A stretch of DNA of 63,190 nucleotides, the filler included, from Dugesia japonica (Eukaryota): NCBI GenBank assembly GCA_001938525.1. It is 6 parts of 6 records of this genome, joined end to end, with 100 filler letters (N's around TTAATTAATTAA, not from the genome) between each part and the next. Parts side by side here need not be neighbours in the genome. Positions count along the whole stretch, not along the records: positions 45,719 to 54,533 come from MQRL01611587.1; positions 54,634 to 63,190 come from MQRL01360985.1; 4 more parts are not named here. One strand, 5' to 3'. Positions 51,701 to 63,190 of this stretch are shown here, in pieces. The position numbers were made by a program, and so were the translations under genes. The notes under the pieces were generated by a model. The model did no database searches. It was not told the origin of the DNA and saw only the letters and a program-made list of their open reading frames with translations. Numbering within the stretch: position 1 is the stretch's first letter; every line of letters begins with the position of its first letter.

Positions 51701-53170
51701 TTTAATATGTGAATAAATCTATTTGGATTTCACAATTGAAATGAAAAAACTACGTATAAAACTCACAATATCTAGCTGGGAGAAACATTGAAAATCCATT
51801 TAAGCATTTAATTAACTGTCAGAGCTTGTGAAAGAGTTAAATGTAAATCAATCAACTAGGTACCGCTTGATTTAAATGAGAAAAATCAGCATTTTGAAGT
51901 CTGTCCNTTACCTATTTTTCGGAGCACAAATGACTCATTTCTCAATTCATTGTGACGTGCCATGAAAATTGAATTTTATGACAATCGCAAACGTGCAGCA
52001 CAGTGGTTGAACAAAAAATGCAATAAATTCATCTGGCATTGATCAACAGACGTCCTATTATTCTTCATAGACAATGAACGGTCATTGCACAAATGATGAC
52101 AAGTAAGTGACATGCGTTACGGTACGAAACTTTTGCAGCATCAAATATATTCGCCGGACTTTTCACTTACAAATTATCTTTTTTATGAACATTTTTGGCA
52201 CACCCTGCAAGGGAAAGGTTTTAACTAACAATTTTCTGTTGAAAATGCCTACCAACATTTTATTGAATCCAGGACACCGGAATTCTATACTACCGGGATA
52301 AATCAGCTTATTTCCCATTGGCAGCATGTGTTAATTGTAATAAGTGTTATTTCAATTATAAATATTATTTGGATATGACTAATTTGAGTTTAGAAATAAA
52401 GGTTAAAAATCGACATTATTTTCTTACCAATAAATAAATTATTAACATTTAACGGATTAAAGAAAAAATATAATATNNNNNNNNNNNNNNNNNNNNNNNN
52501 NNNNNNNNNNNNNNNNNNNNNNNNNNNNNNNNNNNNNNNNNNNNNNNNNNNNNNNNNNNNNNNNNNNNNNNNNNNNNNNNNNNNNNNNNNNNNNNNNNNN
52601 NNNNNNNNNNNNNNNNNNNNNNNNNNNNNNNNNNNNNNNNNNNNNNNNNNNNNNNNNNNNNNNNNNNNNNNNNNNNNNNNNNNNNNNNNNNNNNNNNNNN
52701 NNNNNNNNNNNNNNNNNNNNNNNNNNNNNNNNNNNNNNNNNNNNNNNNNNNNNNNNNNNNNNNNNNNNNNNNTTTTTTTTAATATTAATTAATAAAATTA
52801 CCCAATCCGGCAACTTATATTTGAAAAAGTTATAAAAATAGCTCAGAATATTTTTATCGATATGAACGATTCCATTAATGATTGAATTGTCAATTTGATC
52901 GTTTTTGATTATTGCTTTTAGTTTTTGACCACCATCGATTGATATAGAACGTAAATACAATTTCCACCACTCTTTACCACACAAAGGCGGTTTCCATTGT
53001 ACTACCTATAATAACAAAATAGAAAACTTTATTTACCCAATAAGAACCTCGTGTCCTTTTTCTTTTAATTTTTTAGCTGATTCTTCTACTGCTCGGCGCA
53101 TAGCCGGAACCACATAATAGCTATCATCATGAAAGAAATAACCAATTTTTAACTTTTTTTTGTTGTAATT
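48730..53170 (-). CDS. FAAH: Fatty-acid amide hydrolase-like amidase, last four exons (53170-53048, 53005-52802, 49356-49009, 48960-48730)
   Basis: All junctions are GT..AG, phase 0, with an open frame: KLKIGYF..D...VPAMRRAVEESAKKLKEKGHEVV, LDVVICP, SYIFIWNLVNFPAGTVPVTKV, LPVSVQCVSLPWKEELCLNLMRELE. The amidase-signature exons are not visible. Confidence 0.9.
49530..49750 (-). mobile_element. 3' fragment of a non-LTR element inside the FAAH intron
   Basis: AAACAAAGGATGTCTTGCAGGCCAGAAAATCC matches 57684-57718, the 3' end region of the NeSL-type element. Confidence 0.5.
51700..52436 (+). mobile_element. mariner (DD34D-type) remnant inside the FAAH intron
   Basis: RPIILHRQ; LQHQIYSPDFSLTNYLFY...LQGK, a degenerate HPPYSPDLAPSDYHLF. 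Confidence 0.7.
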
Positions 53171-53247
53171 CTAAAAAAAATTATGAACTTTTGTAGATAA
53201 ATTTTCTTTAACATATTTAAAGGTTAGTATAATAAATTTAAATAAAT

Positions 53248-53680
53248 ATATAGGGAGTTCAAAAGATCTTGAGACAATTTCAAATATTGATTAAAATTAC
53301 AAATGAAACATGAATCTAATGGAACGCTTAAATAATATCAAGTGATTAATAAAGTTTATATTCAATTGGAAAGAAAATTTCTGTGTTCTTCATTACTTGA
53401 ACGGAAGATATCCAAACGACACGCAATTTCCGTCCATGTTCTTCTTAGCATTACTTCATCAATGGCATGTACAGCGGTAGTTATCCTCAAATTCAGATCA
53501 TTTATATCCTTAACCTTTGCCTGATACAAATCATTGTTCACGGAACTCCACAAGAAAAAATCAATTGGTGTTCTATCGTGGGAACGAGGAGGCCACCAAA
53601 TCAGGCCATCTCTTCCAATTCGACGATCAAGAAAAGTTTTACTTAAAAAGTTACGAACATTTTTACCCCAATGAGATAGT
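53248..53680 (-). mobile_element. Tc1/mariner rosa (DD41D-like) transposase 3' remnant
   Basis: VRNFLSKTFLDRRIGRDGLIWWPPRSHDRTPIDFFLWSSV...DLNLRITTA. Confidence 0.85.
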
Positions 53681-53689
53681 ACGGTAAGT

Positions 53690-54050
53690 TCTTTACAATA
53701 TTTAGTTTTATAATTCTTTTGTGTTTGAATATCGGAATTAGTTTCAATAAACCAAGAAACACGTTGTGGTTTTTCTTTTCTAAGCGTTATTTTATAAAAT
53801 TTCGCTATTTTCCATTTATATTTAATTAATTTTTAATAACTTTTTAAAATTGTTTAAAAACTTTCGACCACCGTTGATTGAATAGGAATGTAAATACAAC
53901 TTCCCCCAGTCTTTATCGTATAAATGCGGTTTCCGTTTTACTACCTACAATAATGAAATAGAAATCTTTATTTTCCCTAAAAGAACATACATTATTCGAA
54001 GACACAACTATACCTATTTTAAGATTGTTAGCAGAACACTTTAACTATTT
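53690..54050 (-). pseudogene. Diverged duplicate of two FAAH exons
   Basis: Intron and acceptor 53941-53990 resemble 53001-53047. VVKRKPHLYDKDW versus VVQWKPPLCGKEW; NNLKIGI versus KKLKIGY. Confidence 0.6.
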
Positions 54051-54231
54051 AAATCAATAAAACTAAGCTTATCCATAAGAACGTATTTAAATCGAAAAGA
54101 TAAATAAATAGTTATTATAGTATTGCTCGAAAACTTCGTCACGATTTTCAGCATATGGAATTAAAATAGTTTTTAAAATATACGAATGATTGAAAACAAG
54201 TCGTTTATATATACATATCTAAAAGGTAAAT

Positions 54232-54533
54232 TACCGTATTTTCAGGTATATAATACGCACGTCATAATAAATTAAAATTTTATTAAGGAAAAAAATATTG
54301 ACATAATACGTACAAGCGTATAATACGTAGATATAATTTGTTTAAATTTGCCTAATTTAAAATTTATAATTTAATAATTTAAAGTTACCTAACACGTATT
54401 TTCAGGTATATAATATATATAATGATTAAGGGAAACAGAAAATCTTATACAGCGAAACAAAAAAATGGAAATTTTAATATATGCAGAATCAAATGGAAAT
54501 AGAAACGCTAGTCGATATTATGAGGTAAACGAG
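54232..54533 (+). mobile_element. pogo/Tigger-like element 5' end with a Brinker-type DNA-binding domain
   Basis: Terminus TACCGTATTTTCAGGTATATAA; KGNRKSYTAKQK/MEILIYAESNGNRNASRYYEVNE. Confidence 0.75.
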
Positions 54534-54633
54534 NNNNNNNNNNNNNNNNNNNNNNNNNNNNNNNNNNNNNNNNNNNNTTAATTAATTAANNNNNNNNNNN
54601 NNNNNNNNNNNNNNNNNNNNNNNNNNNNNNNNN

Positions 54634-55393
54634 AATTACTCATTTATTTAAAACATTATATTTTTGGGTAAATTACTCAGTTATTTAAAACATTATATTT
54701 TTGGGTAAATTTTACTTATTTAAAACATATTATATTTATGGGTAAATATATATTGTATTATATAACCTAATAATTTATAAAAGTTTGTATTAGCCAATAT
54801 TATATAAAAGTTTATATTACCCAATTATTTAAACAAAGACATATTACCTAAAATTTTAAATATTTTTTAATTACTCATTTATATAAACAAAGACATCTAA
54901 CCCAAAATTATAAATAGTTTTAAATTACCCATTTTTATAAACAAAGACATATTACCCAAAATTATAAATAGTTTTTAATTGAAAATTTAATAAAGAATGA
55001 GGATTTTTGTTTTAAATTTTAAATGGAAATTTAATAGCTAATGATTATTTTTGTTTTAAATTTTGAATGAAAATTTAATAGCGAATGATTATTTTTTGTT
55101 TTAAATTATAAATGACATTTTAATAATGAATGATAATTTTGTTTTAAATTTTAAATAAAAATTGAATTAACAAATCATTATTTTGTTTTAAATTTTAAAT
55201 GAAAATTTAATAGCGAATGAGTATTTAATTTTAAATTTAAAGTGGAAATTTAAAAGCGAGTGATTATTTTGTTTTAAATTTTAAATAGAAAAGTTTTTCT
55301 AACGAATGATTATTTTTGTTTTAAATTTTGAATGAAAATTTAATAGCGATTGATTATTTTTGTTTTGGATGAAAATTCAGTGCGCCACTATCT
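54634..55393. repeat. AT-rich tandem arrays ending in a Polinton-like terminus motif
   Basis: Units of about 30-55 bp (TATATTTTTGGGTAAATT; AAACAAAGACATATTACCC) followed by about nine 43-45 bp units (TTTTGTTTTAAATTTTAAATGAAAATTTAATAGCGAATGATTA), then GCGCCACTATCT at 55382-55393. Confidence 0.65.
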
Positions 55394-55599
55394 ATTATTA
55401 TTATTATCATTATTATTATTATTATTAATAATAATAATATTATTTTTATCATCAATAAAACATAAATTGAATAAATAAGAAAAACAAGTGATCAAAAATA
55501 TTTTATTGAAATCATAATAAAATCACAATTCATCGTCAAATAGTCATACATCTTTCTTATGCAAGTCGATTTCAAAGTTGGAATTTGTTATTATTGCAA

Positions 55600-56970
55600 C
55601 GATTATTATTGTTTTATTTAATTTTAAAAAATTTTTATACCAAACTGCTGAAAATTTTACAGCGATCATTTAACACAAATAAAGTTTTCAAAAATATTTT
55701 CCTTCTTAAATAGGTTACAAAAGTGTCTATGCGATAGAGAATCTTTCACTGATTCCAAATATGTTAACCTTAAATCGTTGAAGTTAACACTCGATGAAAT
55801 AAATGGGGTTTTGCCGTGAAAAAATCTCAAACTTTGAAATTTTGTATTCAATTTTCTCAGCGTACATAACTCGTATGGTTTCAAGGCCCAAGCCTAAAGC
55901 GGTTATAGATTTATTATTGAACATATTTAAAACCTTATGAGATTGAGATACAACCTTTATATTTAAAATATTCTTAAGAGCATTTTTAATGAAAAGTTTG
56001 AATTTTTAAAGCCTTCAGAATAAGGTAAAGATAAAACAATTTTAGGATATGTTTTTACAACCTCAGATACATCAACACAAGACAAGTCACTATTTAGTTT
56101 ATTCAAAGTTTCATAAAATCATTTGTCCATAAACAATTTAGAATACCCGTTATTATGAAGTAAGTTAATTAAAAAAAGTAAAAAAGAGAGATCAAGAACG
56201 ATGAATTAGTGTTTTAATCATATTACTTTTATATTTTATGTCACAAAAATTGACAGGATTTGTAAACAAACCGGTATCAGTTTTCTTTCTATATATCTCT
56301 GTTTCAAATGAAGTATTCTTTCTTTCAATAAGCAAATCAAGGAATAAAATAGTTAAATTGATCTCTTCTTCAACCGTAAAGCCTATATTGGGATGCAAGT
56401 TATTCATATACTCCAAAAACGGATGTACTTGAGAGTGATTTCCGAAGACAAGAAAAATGTCATCGACATAACGTTTATAAACTAAAGGTTTAACAGAAGA
56501 ATAATCATTAATTTACTCTTTACTTTAGACAAGAAAAAAGAAACTAATGTTGGAGCTAATGGGGATCCTATCGCCACTCAATCAATCTGTCTATACCATT
56601 CATCATTAAAAAGAAATTGAACATTCAATGTTGCAAAAGTTAAATGATCATGGAACGCTATATCATCTAAAAAAGATTTATTAGGATTAAAATCACTCCA
56701 TATTTCACCACATAAATCAATTGTCTCTTTTAATGGAACATTAGTAAATAAATTTGTGACATCAAATGAGCCCATAAAGCAATCATTATTAGCCAATGGA
56801 TACTGAGAAATAAAAGATGAAAATTCAAAACAATCTTTGCGCTCAAATTCAGATGTAAATAAAAGTTTAATAAGCTCATCCAACAGCTTTGCAACCTTAT
56901 ATTGATTTGTTTTTATCATGGACAAAGCATGACGCATAGGGACATCTTTCCTATGAACTTTGGGAAGGAA
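55600..56970 (-). mobile_element. Penelope-like retroelement reverse transcriptase remnant
   Basis: SFDVTNLFTNVP, YRQID/VAIGSPLAP, YKRYVDDIF, NNLHPNIGFTVEEE, FLDLLI, YRKKTDTG. Confidence 0.88.
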
Positions 56971-57283
56971 ATAAATTAATTTAATTAATTCAATTTAATA
57001 TAAATTTGTAATGGTTTCATATTTGGTTTTCATTAAATTTAAGCGAATTATGGGAATTTTGTGAATTTTCAGAGATTTTTGTAAGTTTTCGCGAATTAAA
57101 GAATTCCTGTAGATTTCATTAATTTAATGTAGAATATATGTGATTTCGACAAATTTTGAGTAATTTCTAGGGGTTTTCCTGAATTAAAAGTGAATTGTGG
57201 GGTTTTATCAATTTAAATGAAATTTTGAGGTTTTCATAAAGTTTTAAGGATTTATGAATTTAAATGGATATATGAGGTTATAC

Positions 57284-57510
57284 CAGGCGCGCACCCCAGG
57301 AGGGTTTACCTGCTTGAGCACCTCTATTTCCTCCAAGCTCATGAAAACATCAAATTTATTTGCAAATTATTAAAAATTTTAGCTAAAATTCATGTCTCAA
57401 CAACTGCAAATGAGAGATTATTTTCAACTTTAAGAATGCTGAAAACTTATTTGCGCTCCATAATGATGAAAATCGATTAACTGGGTTGTCGTTTTTGAAC
57501 ATTAAACTAT
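57284..57510 (+). mobile_element. hAT remnant (terminal-repeat-like start and C-terminal dimerisation motif)
   Basis: VSTTANERLFSTLRMLKTYLRS; CAGGCGCGCACCC terminus. Confidence 0.65.
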
Positions 57511-57659
57511 CCAAATATTTCACATATTAAATTAATTTAAATATTAAATTAATTGATATTAAACTAAATACAAAACTAATTAAAACATTATTAGAAACTT
57601 AATCAAATTAATTTAGAATGCAAATATTTAACAAATAAATATAAAAATTTGGGGAATTA

Positions 57660-60600
57660 AAAAATATTTGAACACGTCGCGATAAACAAAGTCATCTTGC
57701 AGGCTAGAAAATCTTTCCCAGGTTTAATAATGTACTGGTTCAGACAGTGTAAAGCTATCAAACAAAACAAAAAGAGAAGAAATAAGAAGACGGCGCAAGA
57801 AAAAAGGGAAAGATTGGAAGCCTTAATTGAAATCTTCCACATCAGACAATTTGGCTCTACTCACATTGAATCTCTTCATATTCAAGAATGCCAGCCTGTT
57901 CGTTGTGGAAACTCCAATTCTTACTCGACCAGACTATGAATTTCCTGGTCGAGACAAGAGCAAATTGTCTAATCACATTAGCGCGTAACCCAATCTGTTT
58001 TAGCACTGGTTCATTTTCAACACACTATAATCCCAGACACCCTAATGAGACTGTCTCAAAGAGAACTTTCCAATTTGGAAGGTTTTTTTGAATAACCTTC
58101 CTCAGTGGTGTGTATTTATTTATGTTCAAGTCCCTTACTTATTTTAGATTACTGTACGGAAAGCTGATAAGAGTACACAGTGACAAAAAACGTATGCTTG
58201 AGTTTCTAAATGGTAAGAACACTTCCTGCAGGATTTAAAGGGCATACCGTAATTACTATCTACAGTAAGGGTGTTTGTTCTTGCCCTATGGATGAACCGC
58301 CAATGCTCAGGTTTTAAAGAGCGATCTTACAAAGGTTTAGTAGAAAGTAGGAATGCACCAATCGCAGTGGAAAACGCAACAGTTTTAACAGGGTATTCCA
58401 CTTTCTAGTGTGTTTCCAATTTAATAGACCATGAAGCAGTTTAGTCATGGCTCTCCGTTCTTTTAATGGAATTAAATAATATATCACCTGCAAGCAAATT
58501 CCCAGTTCATTCGTCTTAAATTTTACTTGCATGTTAAGCTCACGATTTAGATATGTGATTGCATCATGATACTTAGACCACCAGTATTTGAGATTTAATT
58601 TGGTGGTATCTAGAGAGAACCAGTTCAGTGCTTCCTAGATCAAACACAGATTTAAACTTTTCATGTGCTTAAGGAGGAAATACCATTACATTTATAATAG
58701 CTGAAGCAATCAGAATACAGCGCTCTGATTAACCAGGTAGCCTTTACGGTTACCCCCATACGATTGAGCAGGCCAAAAATATGCTCGATAGTGATACTTT
58801 CAAAAGTGTTAACTATATTCAAGAAAGAGGTTTGCAAGTTGGACTTTGTATATCGGCTCTGTTCATCAAGGAAGCAGCGCAGTAAAAATTCGTGCTCAGA
58901 GCACCCTTCAGATTATCCAGCACTCTTCTGAAGTTTATATAGCAAGACTAAATTTTTCGCCCAGTTTGAGAGTTATGGTGCAAGACACGCCATGAATAGC
59001 TTGTATATGCAGTCAAGCAAGGCTATTGGCATGCAAGATGAGACAAGATAATAGGAACCAGCTTTGCCAGGCTTTGGTATCATCATAGTTGAGTATATGC
59101 CAGCTATTTGTAGTCACTCCAGATACGAAAATTTTCTTAAAAACATTATTAGAACACAATTCGGGTCTGCTGATTTAAGATCATGATATAGGATATTATT
59201 AATATTAGGAGCTGAGACTGACAGACCATTGAGAGTGAACAGCAATATTGCCACGGACAGCAGCTAGAACCGATTAATTATTTCTGCACTTAATTGATGT
59301 TTCATGCTAGTAGGTTCTGGACAATAAAAGTCGAAATTAACTTCCCCGGATTTTAAAGGGGGCAAAGATCCCAGTTTGTGACGAGTCCGACAAAAGACTT
59401 GGACTAAAAGTAGGTTACAAGATCAAGTTGGGACGGAAAGCTATTGGAGGAAACCTCATTAGTAATAAGCTCAAAGACCGCTTTTTGAGAGTGATAAAAT
59501 TTATCCCTGAGTTTGAGATCAACCTCGACACGCTTTTTTTCCTCGCCAATTTTAAAGTTCAAATCATTTGGCTTGTTGTTTCTGATAGAGTAGATGTAGC
59601 TATAGAACAGGTCTATAAAAACATTAACATCATTACCATCAATATCACTAGCCAAAACTTTTAATTTATTTTTACGATCCTTTGGATCGATATTGATTTT
59701 CACTGAATCTTTGTTGTTTTTATGTTATATTAGTAATATTAATAAAATTACCTTTATTATTTGATTTAAAATTTAAGAATTCAGACAAATTAAGATCAAC
59801 TTTAATGAGATTATCGAAATGAGCAATCGAGTAGATGTTGCCACGAACAATCAACGCACTTTCACCATCATTGTGATAGAAATTGCAAATCTTGAAAGGT
59901 GGGTCAACAAAATAAATGTCTCTTTGCCTGCTGAATTCAGATAGACAAGTATGAAGTTCCCTGCTTACTCTGATGTCAATTGCTCTAATGTGCTCAGATT
60001 TAGAATCAAAAAGAAAGGATTTTTCTTCTCAACATTGAAGATAAAAAAAGACCCCTCTCATACCAGATTCAAGAAGAGAACAAAGAACAATATTACGGTT
60101 CATGAAAAGCTTAAAAGTGACGTTCTCGACAATAAAATTGTCATCCTGGTCTATACAAGCTCTTGAAACTGATGGATTCAAAATAAAGAACTTGTCACTA
60201 GGCACAAAACAAAACACTTGGCAAAAACAAAAAAATCCTCAGTTGACATATCTATGAAGATGACGAAAGAATCGAGATAAGAAACAAGATGGGTACAGCC
60301 ATCTTGTTTCTTTGTGACAATCTAACTGGATAAAGTGTCGCAAACAAAATTCTTGATCTCGCTTATTTCCAGATTGAAAAGTCGTTCATTAAAATAGAGT
60401 TTAAGAGCATTACTACAGACAAATGTTTTGTAATCAAATCCATTTTGTTGAGTCTTCCTTTCAAAAATTACCTCTCTAGAAAAGACAAAACTATCATCAA
60501 AGTCAGTGTTAAGTGCATTTGTTAGACGTTTGTCATAGTCAGCCGCAAGATTAGGTTTGAAAGCTATGCTGGATAAATATTATAATCCATTCATTGATCT

Positions 60601-61350
60601 TGAACAGGACCCAATGCAGATTAATGAGGTTAGTTGCAGAGACTATTTTATTAGCAGCTAAATAACTACCAAATGGCATACTAGAAATCTAAGAGACCTT
60701 TTCCTGAAATAACAATCTTAATAATGCTGCCACTGTTCAGGTGGATATCATAAAAGCATTGATCACGGAACCAGCTGCTATAAAAAATCTCGTAAGAAGA
60801 TTTATCTAAAGTTGCGGAAGTGAGACAACTGTGGATCCTAACCATCATTTCTCAGGAGATATATCTTTTTTGGGCTCTTGATTACATCAGAGAAGGTAGC
60901 AGTGTTCCTAATTTTGGCAGCATTGTGGATAGTAACGATGGAAACCGCAGTATTTCTAATATGCATTGTAATTGCCTTAACAGTTTTACTACGCGTGTTA
61001 ATCAACTTAGGCGTAGAGTTTATCCGTTTGGTATTATTTTTTTTTGGTTTGGAATATTTTAAAGACTTAGCACAAGTAAAAACTCTTTTTGAACCAGGAA
61101 GACTTCCAGAAAGAGTCAGTTGGCTAAGGATTTGCATAATATCAATGTCTTGAAAGAAGCCGATTCATCAAAATAGCAAGGGTGTGCCGCAATAAGCGAG
61201 TGCTAAATGTTCACAGAAATTTCATCCTTATCTACAACATAAAGAGAAGGAATCTCCTGATTATAACCAGCAATAGTGTCATGGACATGAAGTTCTTCAG
61301 CAGCTAGAACTGATTTATTATTTCTGCCCTTAATTCACTTTCCTTTTTTT
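57660..61350 (-). mobile_element. R2-group (NeSL/Utopia-like) non-LTR retrotransposon with restriction-like endonuclease, decayed
   Basis: Reverse transcriptase N-terminal motifs SAPNINNILYHDLKSADP, IPKPGK...PIALLDCIYKLF...QKS...GCSEHEFLL; WRFIHRARTNTL...CRKCSYHLETQAYVFCHC; VSLGCLG...NEPVLKQIG. The YADD core is deleted. Confidence 0.85.
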
Positions 61351-63190
61351 CTTAGGTTTGGCTGTCAAGCTAGGTTCATTATGATAGATATTATCAATTT
61401 GAATACACTTTGATAAAACTTTATTTTTAATTTCAATGTTGTTGAATTCACAACCATTAAATTTAAGCACATTAAATATTAAACAAATTAAAACGAAAAT
61501 TTCGAATATTAAGCGAATTATTACTAAATTAATACGGAACTATAAAGGAATTGTAGAAAATAATAAACGAATATTATATGATATTAACGAAATAATAATT
61601 TATAATGCAAAACAGTAAAGGGATTATTATAAATAATAAATAAATTATTATCCAGTATTAGCGAATTAATACTTTATGGGCAATTGTAAAGTATTCGGTA
61701 ATCATTTAAGAAACTCAATAGAAAAGTGGACTATAATAGATTAAAAATTGTAAAAATGAAATTAAATTTGGATTATAAAAATAAAGATGAATGAAAAAAA
61801 CGACAATTGATAAAATTGTAAGCGATTTACAATAATTGAACAATAATAATACAATTAAACTAAATAACCCTTAGAGTCCAAAAACATATAACTTTTGAGG
61901 TCCTATAGAAGTGCGAATTAATACATTATAAACGAATAAGGTGATGTGGTTTATAAATAAACAGATTCTAACAAAACTATTGATGCTTCTTAGAAAATTA
62001 CAAGATAAATAACAAAAAAATATCTCCCGATTTATAATTTAATAAATGTTATAATAAATTCATATTCAGAAACTTTTTATACAAGAATTATACAAGTTAA
62101 ATATTTTGATTTATTTTTTGTCCATGTAATTTTAATTTACTGTATCCTTCTCTGGGATTTTAGACTTATTTAATTTCTTATATTGCCAACAATAAAAAAT
62201 TATTAATAAACAAACAAGTCAACGAAACCAAAAGCTATTTATACCCATTAAGGATAAAAAAAACTAACAGACATCGAGGTAAAACGAGATCAGCTAACCG
62301 AATAAATATCAATATTTGTTACTTTAAAACAAGAACTATGTTTATTTATTCATTTCATTGTTAACTTCGTAATTTCACATTATTAATTTGTTTTCGAAAT
62401 TTAATTACGTTTCAGAATATAATAATCATTTTTATAGAATGACATTTAATATATCACAACTCAAAATTTTTTAAAACAGTTAATAATATTCAAATACAGA
62501 AAAAATTTATTTTTAAAATGAAACTCCAAAATGATTTTTTCTTTGTTCATAATAAATTTAGAAGTTATGATTTTTATTATTGATTGTAAATTCTTCTTTT
62601 AAATTAAAATCGCCTGTTTAATATATATATATATATATAGAATCATTTCAATTTGCAAATACCAAATTTACTTGGAGTGTGTTGCACAGGTGTGCCTGAA
62701 ATTATTTAGATAATATTAATATCATCATTATTTGATTGTTATCAATTTAATAGAGTCGAATTAACACTTATTTACTGTTACGATTTAATGAAAAATATAC
62801 AAAAATTATTTACTTTCATATATATTAAAATATTAAGAATAATAAGACAGCCACAAACTTTCATACTAAATTACGTAAAATAGTCGATTATGGAAGTGGG
62901 TAGGATATTTCTGAAATTCAAATATTGATTTGACCCGTATGTATTTAGTGATTGATGCGACCCGTATGAACATTGTTAATGAATGATATAATATATTTCT
63001 CGAATCACTGCATCACTTATATTCTATTTAGTTCTGGATACTAATAATGGAAATATAATTAAAATTTTCAGTAATGTGTTTACCAGTTATATTTTACTAT
63101 AGAAATATTTTAATCTGTAATTATTTACAAGACATTTACAAGTTTCTTAATATATTTCAATCGTAAATATAATGTTTGTATCAAAATAAA

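Noticed and set aside
57600-57700. U2 snRNA, spliced-leader or rRNA target next to the NeSL/Utopia-like element
   Set aside because: No recognisable RNA-gene sequence at either flank.

Overview
Very AT-rich eukaryotic (metazoan) DNA. The 42-50 bp introns and the transposon mix are compatible with a flatworm, but that is inference only. Five identical 100-bp spacers (44N-TTAATTAATTAA-44N) split the window into six joined pieces, so adjacency across them is not reliable. The window is dominated by decayed Polinton/Maverick (adintovirus-like) endogenous viral elements: three protein-primed PolB remnants, two packaging ATPases, an rve integrase with chromodomain, penton and major-capsid fragments, an adenain-like protease, amphipathic core-protein tails, and 4-5 element termini sharing 5'-AGTARGKRGATA. 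The most notable observation is that two independent Polinton copies each carry a two-repeat TATA-binding-protein (TBP)-like gene head-to-head with the packaging ATPase; the ORF track does not reveal it. Polinton subterminal regions also have spliced, divergently arranged genes and clusters of host transcription-factor motifs. Other content: the last four exons of a host FAAH-like amidase, a degenerate ZNFX1/RNF213-type RZ zinc-finger fragment, and remnants of Gypsy, Tc1/mariner, rosa, pogo, hAT, piggyBac, Penelope-like and NeSL/R2-type elements. All assignments come from manual translation and motif recognition; no database searches were run.
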